In this document: one piece after another, positions 40,064 to 49,378 of the stretch
How positions within the stretch are numbered: the first letter of the stretch is position 1
Layout of the letters: every line of letters starts with the position of its first letter
Source of the DNA: an uncultured Candidatus Saccharibacteria bacterium
GTDB taxonomy: Bacteria; Patescibacteriota; Minisyncoccia; Phycocordibacterales; UBA12445
Length of the DNA stretch: 64,000 nt
Direction of reading: 5' to 3'
Assembly: GCA_964531375.1 (NCBI GenBank)
Contig: CAZHDO010000001.1
Location: forward strand, 96,879-160,878
Program-made: the position numbers and the translations under genes
The notes under the pieces: generated by a model
Database searches by the model: none
What the model was told of the DNA's origin: nothing
Seen by the model: only the letters and a program-made list of their open reading frames with translations

Positions 40064-40564
40064 TTGTCTGGTAAAATACTTTGTATGAAATTATTAATCG
40101 AGAAAATGTTGTCAGAAAAGGGTGTTGAATTTAAATTACTTAAATTAGAACAAAAAGTTTATACGGTTGAAGATGTTAAAAAATTTAATAACGGTTTGGT
40201 TAATTTAGAAGAGATATGCAAAACGATAATACTGGTTGGAAAAAAGACTGGGTTAAAAATAGCTGTTTTGTTTAGGGGAAATGATCGTTTGAATTTTAAG
40301 CAAGTAAAGAAATTGTTTGGTGGAGAAATGCGGATAGCTGATGCGGAAGAGGTGAGGGGCTCAGGTGGTGGAGAAATTGGCGCAGTTTGTCCTTTTCTTG
40401 TAAATATCCCACTGTTTGTAGATAAAAAAGTTTTTCAGTTAGAAAAGATAAATTGCGGTTCAGGTGAACACTCCTGTGGTTTGGAGGTTCGAGTAATAGA
40501 TTTAGAAAAAATATCAAATTTTCAAGTTGTGGAGATTACTTGGGGGGTAAAAATGAGTTGGTAA
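40064..40564 (+). CDS. YbaK/ProX-like aminoacyl-tRNA deacylase domain protein (tentative)
   Basis: Size and the GGEIGAVCPFLV segment resemble the YbaK family. Confidence 0.4.
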   Translation: MSGKILCMKLLIEKMLSEKGVEFKLLKLEQKVYTVEDVKKFNNGLVNLEEICKTIILVGKKTGLKIAVLFRGNDRLNFKQVKKLFGGEMRIADAEEVRGSGGGEIGAVCPFLVNIPLFVDKKVFQLEKINCGSGEHSCGLEVRVIDLEKISNFQVVEITWGVKMSW

Positions 40565-40678
40565 ATTAAAATTATCAAAATCCTTGAGGGTGGTAATTTG
40601 TATTTTTGCTATCTAATTTTATTTTTTCAAAAATAAATACAACTTGTCTAAAAAATCACAAAGGATACAATTGATAAT

Positions 40679-41131
40679 ATGAAATTTTATAATGTTAAGG
40701 GCGAAGAACAAAAACCACCAAAAGAATATGGGTGGAGGCCTGCTGTGTATGGTGTCTTAGTTAAAGACAAAAAACTTCTGATTATTCAGCCTAATTGGGA
40801 TGATAAATATTGTCTTCCTGGCGGGTCGATCGATTTGGGAGAAACGCCAATAGAATCTCTCAAGAGAGAGTTTCTTGAGGAGACAGGGTGTTCGGTAAAA
40901 ATCGCCACTCAACCAATCTTTGTTGATAGTCATTTATTTGCAAATCCTGAAAAAGAAAAATATTTCCAGAGAATAAGTATCTATTATAATATAGAGTTGA
41001 TTTCTGAAAACCAGTCAAAAGATTTAGACAAAGAATCAACTGCCGTAGTTTGGAAAAATTTGGACGAAATAAGTAGTGACGATTTTACTTATTTTCAAAG
41101 AGAATTGTTGGGTGTTATTTTGAAGAAATAA
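40679..41131 (+). CDS. NUDIX hydrolase
   Basis: Nudix box GGSIDLGETPIESLKREFLEETG. Confidence 0.85.
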   Translation: MKFYNVKGEEQKPPKEYGWRPAVYGVLVKDKKLLIIQPNWDDKYCLPGGSIDLGETPIESLKREFLEETGCSVKIATQPIFVDSHLFANPEKEKYFQRISIYYNIELISENQSKDLDKESTAVVWKNLDEISSDDFTYFQRELLGVILKK

Positions 41132-41149
41132 AAGTAAAAAACAATAAAC

Positions 41150-42238
41150 ATGAGCAATATGGATAATATTAACAACCTACCAGTACCAGCAAGGTTTCAA
41201 AAAGAAAAAATTGAAAGAATAGAGGATATGTTTAAAAGAAGAAAAAACATAAGCGTTGAAATTGTTAAAAAGGCGTTTCAAATTAAGGAGTTTGAGTTAG
41301 TGGGCAAGAAAATTAAAATAGTTGGTGTTAGTCACCACCCGTTGACTTTAGAAATTCCGGAGTTTCGGACAGAGATTGAAAATGCGATTGAAAATTCTTC
41401 TTCTGTTGTTTTAGAAGCAGCTCCTTCTGTTGACACAGAGTACACGCTCGATGATTTAAAAAAAATGTTGCTATCTGCAGATTTATTTTCAAAAGAAGAA
41501 GCGGATATCATGCTTCCTGTTTACATCAAGGGGTGGAAAGAGGACCCCACAGAGGATTTTTTTAAAAAAATAGAAGATATTGTAGCCAAAAACAAAAAGA
41601 GATTAACCATAGTAGATCCTAATTTAGATTCATTTAAAAACATAGAACTTAAGTCAGGAGATGCTAGTATTAAAAAAGTAAAATTTATTTCAGAGCTTTT
41701 TGTTTTAGGGTATGGTTATTTAAGCTTAAGAGATCTTACAAGGATAATAAAACCGATAGCGCAACCTAATAAACAAAAAAATAAAAAAGATAAAGATGTT
41801 TTGGTTGAGTCAGAAAAAAAAGGAATAACTAGAAGGGAATTTTTAAAATTAGGAGCAGTCACGGCGTTGGGTGCGCTTGGTGTCGGTTCGTTAATTAGCG
41901 ATTTTTCTTCAACAAGAAGAGAAGTTTCCGCTGAAAGTAGAGATAGAGATGCATTTGATCATTTTCTTTATAATCTGGTTGACTATCGTGATGCCGTTAT
42001 TGCCGATGAATTAGATAAACTTTCCAGAGACAGTATTGATTCAAAACCCATAGTTTTAATATATGGTTCGGGACATATTTCAGGCATACATTATTATTCA
42101 TTAAACCCAAGAGAAAGAAAATTAAAAATACAATTATATCGCCCCTTTTTTGAAAAAGAAGATGATAATACAAAATCATTTTTGTATGATTCTCTTGATA
42201 AGAAATGGGAAAAACAAGTAAAGCCAAATAAAAATTAA
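41150..42238 (+). CDS. hypothetical protein with an internal twin-arginine-like segment
   Basis: ORF. Residues about 225-250 read ITRREFLKLGAVTALGALGVGSLI, the RRxFLK motif plus a hydrophobic stretch. Confidence 0.45.
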   Translation: MSNMDNINNLPVPARFQKEKIERIEDMFKRRKNISVEIVKKAFQIKEFELVGKKIKIVGVSHHPLTLEIPEFRTEIENAIENSSSVVLEAAPSVDTEYTLDDLKKMLLSADLFSKEEADIMLPVYIKGWKEDPTEDFFKKIEDIVAKNKKRLTIVDPNLDSFKNIELKSGDASIKKVKFISELFVLGYGYLSLRDLTRIIKPIAQPNKQKNKKDKDVLVESEKKGITRREFLKLGAVTALGALGVGSLISDFSSTRREVSAESRDRDAFDHFLYNLVDYRDAVIADELDKLSRDSIDSKPIVLIYGSGHISGIHYYSLNPRERKLKIQLYRPFFEKEDDNTKSFLYDSLDKKWEKQVKPNKN

Positions 42239-42240
42239 CA

Positions 42241-42768
42241 ATGAATATTGAGAATAAACAACAAGGAAAGCCCGAGGTAATTTCTAAAACAAGGGAAAAA
42301 TTGATTTCTTTGGAAAAAGAAGGGAAATATGTTTTTCATGGTGGACCTACTTTACTTGAAAAATTAGAACCAAGACAACAGACTAGCTATTGTAAGGAAA
42401 CGGGCAAGAATGAGAACGATGGTGAGCCGTCTGTTTATGTAACTCCTTTTGCAGATATAGCGATATTTAGAGCTATTGTTAATCCCAAAAATTCGCCGTC
42501 GAAAAAATACCACAGTCGTTTTGGTGTTACTATTGACGAGAATGGTACGGTTATCGATATAAATTTAAAAACAACACCGGAAGCGGTTGATGAGGTGCGG
42601 GATAAGCACGGATATGTTTATGTGTTGGATAAAAGTCAATTTGAAAAATTTTCTGATCACGAAATGAGGGCCAGAAAAGAAATTAAACCAATAGAAATAA
42701 TAAAAGTATTTTTCAAGGATTTACCAAGCTTTCAACAGCTACCGGTAGAGTTCTTTAGAAAAAAATAA
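42241..42768 (+). CDS. hypothetical protein
   Basis: ORF only. Confidence 0.45.
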   Translation: MNIENKQQGKPEVISKTREKLISLEKEGKYVFHGGPTLLEKLEPRQQTSYCKETGKNENDGEPSVYVTPFADIAIFRAIVNPKNSPSKKYHSRFGVTIDENGTVIDINLKTTPEAVDEVRDKHGYVYVLDKSQFEKFSDHEMRARKEIKPIEIIKVFFKDLPSFQQLPVEFFRKK

Positions 42769-42829
42769 ATTATTCTATGGTGTAAACCTAGAGTGGTTTA
42801 TTCACTAAAGAAAAAATTCTTTAATGAGG

Positions 42830-43012
42830 TTATGTGGAAATCTCTAAAGAAGACGGATCTTCATTTTCTATATAAAGTGCAGTAGCTTCTCTTATATTGT
42901 TTTCTAGTTCCGGTAATGTTTTTCCGAATGTAAAAATAGGGAAATCCACCGCCTTAGCGCAGTAAACATCATCCTCATCTTTTTTGATTGTAAATTGAAT
43001 TATACTTGACAT
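42830..43012 (-). CDS. HicB-like antitoxin family small protein (tentative)
   Basis: 60-aa protein YCAKAVDFPIFTFGKTLPELENNIREATALYIE, resembling the UPF0150/HicB-N fold signature. Confidence 0.45.
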   Translation of the reverse strand: MSSIIQFTIKKDEDDVYCAKAVDFPIFTFGKTLPELENNIREATALYIENEDPSSLEIST

Positions 43013-43134
43013 ATAGTGATTATATACTATTTTTTTAATATGATCAGGCGCCTTTCTTCCTAATTTTCATTTAGGATTTTTCTCGTCGAAATAGTACGGG
43101 TTTTGTTCCTGGGGTCGTTAGGACAATCAACCTT

Positions 43135-43430
43135 TCTAAAACCTACGGGGAATTTCGGTTGTTACACAACCAGTAGCCTGATTGGATTTTTTCTTCGTTC
43201 TTCGAACTCCAAAAAATGCTCAATCAGGTTTCGAATCCCCGCCGAAATATGGAGGGATACTCGGTCACGCATAAATTTCTTGGCAGAAATTTTGCTCGAC
43301 CCCGACTCAGCTCCCTTTCTTGCAGAAAGGGGCCCGCTTCCGTCTTTCGAATCCCCGTAGGGGCCCATTAAAACAAAATCACCGAATGCTTTCGCATCCG
43401 GCTCATTTGTTTTATGACCCTACGGGGATG
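43135..43430 (-). repeat. orphan pair of tRNA-3'-linked modules (A-type plus C-type) with tRNA-Glu-derived flanks
   Basis: Minus strand: ATCCCCGTAGGGTCAT, then a hairpin, then GGGCCCCTACGGGGATTCGAAAGACGGAAGCGGGCCCCTTTCTGCAAGAAAGGGAGCTGAGTCGGGGTCG...GTGACC, then ...GGGGATTCGAAACCTGATTGAGCATTTTTTG...GAAATTCCCCGTAGG. Confidence 0.8.
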
Positions 43431-43515
43431 GAAATGGAACTCTTTATTTGAAAATATAAAGAAGATTGTCGATTTGCGGGAGGAGAAAAGTTTCTAGATT
43501 AAAAGTTTTTTAAAA

Positions 43516-44748
43516 TCATTTCGTGTATTTTTCAAGGAGTTCTGTAGATGTTGAAGTTTCTGTGATATTTTTAGTTTCAATGTAAGAAACTATATTTTTA
43601 TTTATTTGTAGTGCTCTGCCGTTTTTATTATTTGTGGCCACAACAAATAAAAATTGGTTGTCTTCTCCGATAAGAAATATTTTTTCGTGATTAAAAACAA
43701 GTGTCGAATCGTTTGCAATAATTTTAACAAGTCGAGGTTCGCCACCCCCTATTACAAATGATATTTTTGGGAAAATTGTGGCGCCAAAGATAAATAATGA
43801 TGCCAATAGGGGGATGACTAGTTGTTGGGCTACAATCTGTAAATTTCCATAATTACTTATATGTTCAATAAACTTTAATTTAAGTTGTTCGGCAGGCAAT
43901 TCTGTGTTGTTTAAAAATATATATATGGTAAAAATTGAAGAAAATAACCAAGAAAATAGAAGCCCTTCGTTTATTGGCTGAAAGTAAGAAAAAGACTGGA
44001 AATCAAATAACTCAATACGAAGTTTTAAAAATGAGCAAATAGCAGTAGAAATATATAGACAGATAATTAATATGTCTAAGCTAAAAATAAAAAAAGAAAA
44101 ATAATTATTATAGGTTTTATCTTTTTCTTTTTCAGTTATAAGTATCGCCAACTGGGAAACATCGGTTTTATCAATATCTTTTTTTATCTCACACTTCCTT
44201 CTAAGAGATATTATCCAGGAGTTGATGGTTGTTAGGCATGCTATGGCAATAATAAATAGGAACAAATAAGAAAAAGAATAAAGCCAGAACTTTAATATGA
44301 AGTTTGCACCCAATGAAATATTTATCGGAATTTGTAAAATTTTTTCGCCAATAAAATCATAATTACCAAACAATGGTTTAAATATTAATATCTGATTATT
44401 TAGTGGGGTTGTATATAAACCGATTTTCATCAATTGAGATAAGGCAAGATCTGCTATCAAAAGATAAATTAATATTTGTAGATGATTTAGAAATCTTTTT
44501 TTCCAACTTTTTATTTCAAATAGTTTATCAATTGGGATATGTGCATACATCAACCATGATAGAAACATTGCCACAGTTAGAGATAGTAGTGGGTAAATTC
44601 CAGCTATAATATAACGGGTATTTATTAAATCGAAACTTACTATCCCAAACCGAGAAAGATATGCGTTTATACAGATAAAACCAAAGAAGTATAAAATAGC
44701 AGACGGTATGATGAGTATTTTAGATACTTCTTTTAGTTTGTCGAACAT
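43516..44748 (-). CDS. hypothetical polytopic membrane protein with C-terminal soluble domain (island cargo)
   Basis: About 8 hydrophobic helices. No motif. Confidence 0.5.
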   Translation of the reverse strand: MFDKLKEVSKILIIPSAILYFFGFICINAYLSRFGIVSFDLINTRYIIAGIYPLLSLTVAMFLSWLMYAHIPIDKLFEIKSWKKRFLNHLQILIYLLIADLALSQLMKIGLYTTPLNNQILIFKPLFGNYDFIGEKILQIPINISLGANFILKFWLYSFSYLFLFIIAIACLTTINSWIISLRRKCEIKKDIDKTDVSQLAILITEKEKDKTYNNYFSFFIFSLDILIICLYISTAICSFLKLRIELFDFQSFSYFQPINEGLLFSWLFSSIFTIYIFLNNTELPAEQLKLKFIEHISNYGNLQIVAQQLVIPLLASLFIFGATIFPKISFVIGGGEPRLVKIIANDSTLVFNHEKIFLIGEDNQFLFVVATNNKNGRALQINKNIVSYIETKNITETSTSTELLEKYTK

Positions 44749-44924
44749 ATTTTTTATAAAAAATATAAATTAAGTATCACTTTAAATTTAAGAAAATTCT
44801 TATTCTCTGTGTGGTTGTATTGTGTCGATACTTTTATCATATTTTTTAGTTTTATACAATAAAAATTATTTAATTTAAAAACCCTACATAGTAAATGCAA
44901 TAAATCTTTTTTTTATTAAAAAAA

Positions 44925-45136
44925 TTAAAAATCAGTAAGCTCGTTGACTTTTAGCCCTAGTGCTCCAGAGATTTTATCCATATTTGTAAGAGTAATATTT
45001 TTTTCTGCTCGTTCAATCATCCCGATATATGTTCTGTGACTTTAGCCAGTGCGCCAAGTTTTTCTTGAGAGATACCTCTTTTCATTCTTTCTTCTCGAAC
45101 CCTTTTGCCGAATTTTATAAGTATTTGTTTGTTCAT
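44925..45136 (-). pseudogene. XRE-family (Cro/CI-type HTH) transcriptional regulator carrying a frameshift
   Basis: The first frame reads MNKQILIKFGKRVREERMKRGISQEKLGALAKVTEHISG then a stop. The +2 frame continues GMIERAEKNITLTNMDKISGALGLKVNELTDF, the rest of the HTH_XRE domain. This implies a 1-nt deletion near 45017. Confidence 0.6.
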
Positions 45137-45221
45137 ATCTACACTAAAAGTGTAGATTCTTGCTAACTTTAGCTCTACATACTATAGTTAGCACATATAT
45201 TTAAATAAATGTAATTAAAAT

Positions 45222-45716
45222 ATGTTCTTAATATTAATTTTTGTGGTTATTTTATGGCTTCTGGTAAAATCATTGACCTATGATAATCAGGCAAACGATA
45301 TTGAAGTCAAAAAAGAAACCGTTATTGAATATTTGCCTTATTATAAAAAGAATTACTTGATGACAGGAGCCGAACATAACTTTTTTAAAGTTTTAAATTC
45401 TATTGTTGATAATAAATATTATATTATTCCTCAGGTTGGATTATCTAAAATCGTGGGTATTAACGGTTCTGATAGATATAACTATACTTATTTAAATAAA
45501 ATAGATAGAAAATCTTTGGATTTTGTCCTTTTCGATAAAGATAGTTTTTCTCCCATTGTGATTATCGAACTAGATGATAGCTCCCATGAAAGAGAAGATA
45601 GAAAAGAGAGAGATTCTTTTGTTGATAAAATTGCCCAAAAAATTGGTTTAAAAATTGTTCATATCAAAACTTCTTATAATTACGATTTAGAAATGTTAAA
45701 GAAAGATATTTTTTAA
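45222..45716 (+). CDS. DUF2726 domain protein (restriction-endonuclease-like fold)
   Basis: HNFFKVLNSIV...YYIIPQVGLSKIV...SLDFVLFDKDSFSPIVIIELDDSSH...KIGLKIVHI matches the DUF2726 pattern. Confidence 0.6.
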   Translation: MFLILIFVVILWLLVKSLTYDNQANDIEVKKETVIEYLPYYKKNYLMTGAEHNFFKVLNSIVDNKYYIIPQVGLSKIVGINGSDRYNYTYLNKIDRKSLDFVLFDKDSFSPIVIIELDDSSHEREDRKERDSFVDKIAQKIGLKIVHIKTSYNYDLEMLKKDIF

Positions 45717-45956
45717 ATAATTATTTCTTTGCATTTTTGTGTTAGCACAAGATAATGAGCTTGGGCATTGCTCATGTAGTATTTTCCCTTATAAGGAAGA
45801 AAATCAACCACAGGGTTTTGAACAAGTTAAGGGGTTAAATAAAGCGAATGGAATGAGCCCGGTATTGCGGTAATCAACCATAGAATCTTGCTTGTCGTTT
45901 TTGTAGGTGGACAAGATTGGTGAATTTAAAGAAATTTTAAGTGACTACTAGGTTAG

Positions 45957-46667
45957 GTGATCATGGACATTTTGTTATTTCGTGTTAGATTTCTATTTAT
46001 GGATAGTTATCTAGCAGATAAGATTAAAATTTTAGAGATGATTTGTGCGTCTTTGCCTCCGATAAATGTAATCGAGAATGACGATATAGAGTTATCATAT
46101 TTTGAAGACGAGTTTGTGTTTGAAGGATTATCCTATAATACAGCAATTAATTTATTGAGGGAGGTATTGGGCAAGGGTTTGATAAATAATTTTAATCCAA
46201 ATATTTTTGAGAATAATAAAAGAGGGATTAAATTTACTGTCGGGCGGGATATAGAAATTTATCTGAGGAAGATTAAATATCCAGGCTATGAAGATGGACT
46301 TTTGGGTGCATATATGGAACATCAAATTTTCGATAATGAAGTCCCTAAGGGTGTTTTAAAAACTCCTATTATTATTAATGATAAAAAAGGTATTTATAGA
46401 TTAGATAAACCCGAGTTGTTTTATGGAGTAAAAAATCCATCAAAGCGTTTTGATTTAATTATTTATCTTAGCTGTAAAGACAAGGTCTCGGTTTCGGAAT
46501 TAGCGAAAGAAACAAAACAGGGTCAAGCTGTAATTATGAAAGAAATAAAAAATATAAATTCTATTTTTAGAAAAAAATTAGCCGTTGTTAGTGATTTAAT
46601 TAAACATATTGAAACTAGTGGATATTCTCTTAATAAGGATGACTTTGATATAAAGATTCAAACATAA
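45957..46667 (+). CDS. hypothetical protein (island cargo), possible C-terminal winged-helix segment
   Basis: ORF. VSVSELAKETKQGQAVIMKEIKNIN is HTH-like. Confidence 0.4.
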   Translation: MIMDILLFRVRFLFMDSYLADKIKILEMICASLPPINVIENDDIELSYFEDEFVFEGLSYNTAINLLREVLGKGLINNFNPNIFENNKRGIKFTVGRDIEIYLRKIKYPGYEDGLLGAYMEHQIFDNEVPKGVLKTPIIINDKKGIYRLDKPELFYGVKNPSKRFDLIIYLSCKDKVSVSELAKETKQGQAVIMKEIKNINSIFRKKLAVVSDLIKHIETSGYSLNKDDFDIKIQT

Positions 46668-46781
46668 CCTTTGGTGGGTGTTAACAACCTCTTTTACAAG
46701 ACCTTAAAATAAGGTCTTTTTTGTCTGTAGGGTTGTCTAAAAGTTATCTTGTTAATTGATTAATCTTGTTGCTAGTCACGT

Positions 46782-46810
46782 TTCCTGCTGTCGCTTAAGC
46801 GAAGCAGGAA
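46782..46810 (+). promoter_or_regulatory. candidate rolling-circle double-strand origin hairpin upstream of rep
   Basis: TTCCTGCTGTCGCTTAAGCGAAGCAGGAA is a perfect inverted repeat, followed by the GTCGAGCGAAGCGAGAC iteron-like repeat. Confidence 0.4.
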
Positions 46811-46863
46811 GTCGAGCGAAGCGAGACTGTTTACTTGATTATAACAACACTTAGAGAGAAAGT

Positions 46864-47664
46864 ATGAAAGTTACTAATTTAAAGGTTATCGTTACTGGTT
46901 CTATAATTGAGGTTTATTTTTATCCTGAAAGGGTGCTTGCCTATGACTATCAATCAAATAAAGGCGTTAATTCTGGTGTGAATAGAATTATTGACCAAGA
47001 AGAAGATCTTAGAAACAAGGAATCATCTGTTAATCGGACTAGGTCTAATCTAAAAAGATTAATTAATGCAAATGTCTATATTCCAAACAATCCTTTTTCT
47101 CCTGTGTTTTGGACATTAACCTTTAAAGAAAATATTCAGGATTTAAAGGTTGCCAATAAAATATTTTCTAAATTTATCAAAAGACTTAATTATTTTGTCG
47201 GAAACGGGACAAAAAAGACTTTTTTAAAATATGTTGTTGTTCATGAGTTTCAAGAAAGGGGAGCTGTTCATTATCATGCTATATTCTTTAATCTTAAATT
47301 TATTCATGTAAATATTCTTGCTGATATCTGGGGTCAGGGTTTTATTAAAATAAATAAAATTGATTGCGTTAAAAATATCGGTTCTTATATTTCTAAATAT
47401 TTAGGTAAAGATCTTGCTGGTGGTAAGTTGGATGGACATAAGAGATATTTTTCAAGTAGAAATTTAAAACGTCCTATTTTTATAAAAAATCAACAGGCTT
47501 GTGAAGAAATATTAAAAAATATTCCCAAGGAATTTTTGGTTGACAGTAGGGAGTTTCAAAGTGAATATCACGGAAAGGTTTTTTATACTCAATTTAATAT
47601 TGGTAATAGTGGATATCATGCAGGTTTAATTAAAAGAGTAGCAGGACCTTGCGATAATGATTGA
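46864..47664 (+). CDS. rep: HUH-superfamily rolling-circle replication initiator (Rep)
   Basis: Motif 1 FWTLTF, motif 2 GAVHYHAIFF (HUH), motif 3 SYISKYLGK (YxxK). Confidence 0.75.
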   Translation: MKVTNLKVIVTGSIIEVYFYPERVLAYDYQSNKGVNSGVNRIIDQEEDLRNKESSVNRTRSNLKRLINANVYIPNNPFSPVFWTLTFKENIQDLKVANKIFSKFIKRLNYFVGNGTKKTFLKYVVVHEFQERGAVHYHAIFFNLKFIHVNILADIWGQGFIKINKIDCVKNIGSYISKYLGKDLAGGKLDGHKRYFSSRNLKRPIFIKNQQACEEILKNIPKEFLVDSREFQSEYHGKVFYTQFNIGNSGYHAGLIKRVAGPCDND

Positions 47665-47842
47665 TCTCCAGAAATGCCGACAAATTGCACCTGAACTTTC
47701 TGATATATCAGACGAAGATCTTCAAAAAATTCTTGATTCTCTTTACGAATTGGGTAATTTGGCTTTTGATGTTTGGATTGATAAAAATAAGAGTTCGAAA
47801 TATCCCCATAGGTCAAATGGATTAATTAAGGAGGATAAGTAA
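47657..47842 (+). CDS. hypothetical small protein (island)
   Basis: 61-aa ORF between rep and the recombinase; overlaps the rep stop. Confidence 0.3.
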   Translation: MIDLQKCRQIAPELSDISDEDLQKILDSLYELGNLAFDVWIDKNKSSKYPHRSNGLIKEDK

Positions 47843-47848
47843 AATACT

Positions 47849-49378
47849 ATGAATATGGCCGAAACAAGAAATGGAATAATTTATTGCCGAGTTTCTTCTT
47901 TGGAACAGGTAGACGGCACAAGTCTCGAATCTCAAGAGAGGGTTTGTAAGGAATATGCTCAAAGATTAAATATTAATATTACTGGAATCTTTATTGAAAA
48001 AGGAGAGTCAGCTAAAACAGCAGATAGAACAGAATTTAATAAGGCGGTAGCTTTCTGTTCTGTTAAAAAGAATCAGATCGAATATTTTATTGTATACAAA
48101 CTAGATAGGTTTGCTCGAAATCAAAATGACCATGTAGCTGTTAAGCAGATTCTAAGCAAACACGGGGTCAAATTACGCTCTACAACAGAACCTGTTGATG
48201 ACACACCAACAGGCAAACTCATGGAGGGTGTTCTCTCTTCTTTTGCGGAGTTTGATAATAATATCAGGAGAGAGAGAAGCGCTGGTGGTATGAGAGAAAG
48301 AATGAAGCAGGGGATTTGGGTTTGGAGAGTTCCTCTTGGTTACTCTCGTGTTGGTAAGGGTAAGGGAATAAATATTTCTCCAGATCCAAAATATGCCCCA
48401 TATGTTAAATTAGCTTTTGAAGAATATTCTAAAGGTATTTATACATTTAAATCACTGGCTAACTTTTTAAATGAAAGGGGTTTTGTAACTGAAAACAACA
48501 AGCGAGCCGTTCCGCAGTTAACGGAAAAATTAATTAAAAATAAATTATATTGCGGAATAATAAGTGTTCCAGATTGGAATATTGAAACCAAGGGAATTTT
48601 TGAACCAATAATAAGTGAGGATTTATTTTATAAATGTCAGGTTGGGGGCAAAAGAAGTATTCCTCATCTTGAAAAGAATATCCTATTTCCTTTAAGAAAG
48701 TTTGTCGTTTGTGAGCTTTGTAATAATCCTTTTACAGGTAGCTCTTCTACTGGAAAATGTGGCGTTAAATATCCTTATTACCATCATCAGAAACAAAAAT
48801 GTATCCATGCTCAATATATCTCCAAGGACGATTTAGAAAATAAGTTTGTGGAACTTCTAAATAAAATTAATCCTAGTCAAAAGTTTTTAAAATTATTTAG
48901 AGAAGTTGTTTTGGATATTTGGAAAAATAATTATCAAAAGATTTCAAATGATAACAAAATAATTAAAAGGGATATCGATAATTTAGAGTTAAAAAAACGA
49001 ACAATATTTAATAAACATCAATCGGGAGTTTACACAGACCAAGAGTTTATCTTTGAGAAAGATCTTGTTAATAGACAGATAGCTGAGAAGAATCTTTTAA
49101 TAAAAGACGAAAGGGAAGATAACTTTAATATGGAAGAAGCATTGGACTTTAGTATTGGATACATTAAAAACACTTCCAAAACATGGCTGGATTTAGAAAA
49201 TGATTTTGACAAGAGAATAAGGTTCCAAAAATTGATTTTTGAACAAAAATTAAAATTTATTAAAAATGAATTTGGAACTCCAAAATTAAGCCCAATTTAT
49301 GAGCTTAATAAGCAGTTTTTAGTTAATCCAACAACGTTGGTGACCCTACGGGGATTCGAACCCCGATTTCCACCGTGA
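47849..49378 (+). CDS. large serine recombinase (integrase)
   Basis: N-terminal resolvase domain GIIYCRVSSLEQ (catalytic Ser) plus YKLDRFARN, then a recombinase domain and a Cys-rich zinc-ribbon region (CELCNNP...C). The C-terminus reads through the tRNA-Glu 3' end. Confidence 0.85.
   Translation: MNMAETRNGIIYCRVSSLEQVDGTSLESQERVCKEYAQRLNINITGIFIEKGESAKTADRTEFNKAVAFCSVKKNQIEYFIVYKLDRFARNQNDHVAVKQILSKHGVKLRSTTEPVDDTPTGKLMEGVLSSFAEFDNNIRRERSAGGMRERMKQGIWVWRVPLGYSRVGKGKGINISPDPKYAPYVKLAFEEYSKGIYTFKSLANFLNERGFVTENNKRAVPQLTEKLIKNKLYCGIISVPDWNIETKGIFEPIISEDLFYKCQVGGKRSIPHLEKNILFPLRKFVVCELCNNPFTGSSSTGKCGVKYPYYHHQKQKCIHAQYISKDDLENKFVELLNKINPSQKFLKLFREVVLDIWKNNYQKISNDNKIIKRDIDNLELKKRTIFNKHQSGVYTDQEFIFEKDLVNRQIAEKNLLIKDEREDNFNMEEALDFSIGYIKNTSKTWLDLENDFDKRIRFQKLIFEQKLKFIKNEFGTPKLSPIYELNKQFLVNPTTLVTLRGFEPRFPP

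Noticed and set aside
43103-43368. Tracked ORFs 43103..43360(+) and 43162..43368(-), likewise 49607..49798(+), 49620..49802(-), 21855..22229(-), 21941..22309(-), 23092..23304(+) and 8031..8315(+). They share peptide motifs such as GPLSARKG and PFLAERGP.
   Set aside because: These are translations of the conserved repeat-module cores in different frames and strands. The shared peptides come from shared DNA repeats, not from a protein family. Several also overlap tRNA genes.
43430-43520. Looked for a tRNA gene adjacent to the orphan modules at 43135-43430.
   Set aside because: No cloverleaf can be folded from 43430-43520. The matching tRNA (Glu) is 6 kb away at 49338-49412, explained by the intervening integrated element.
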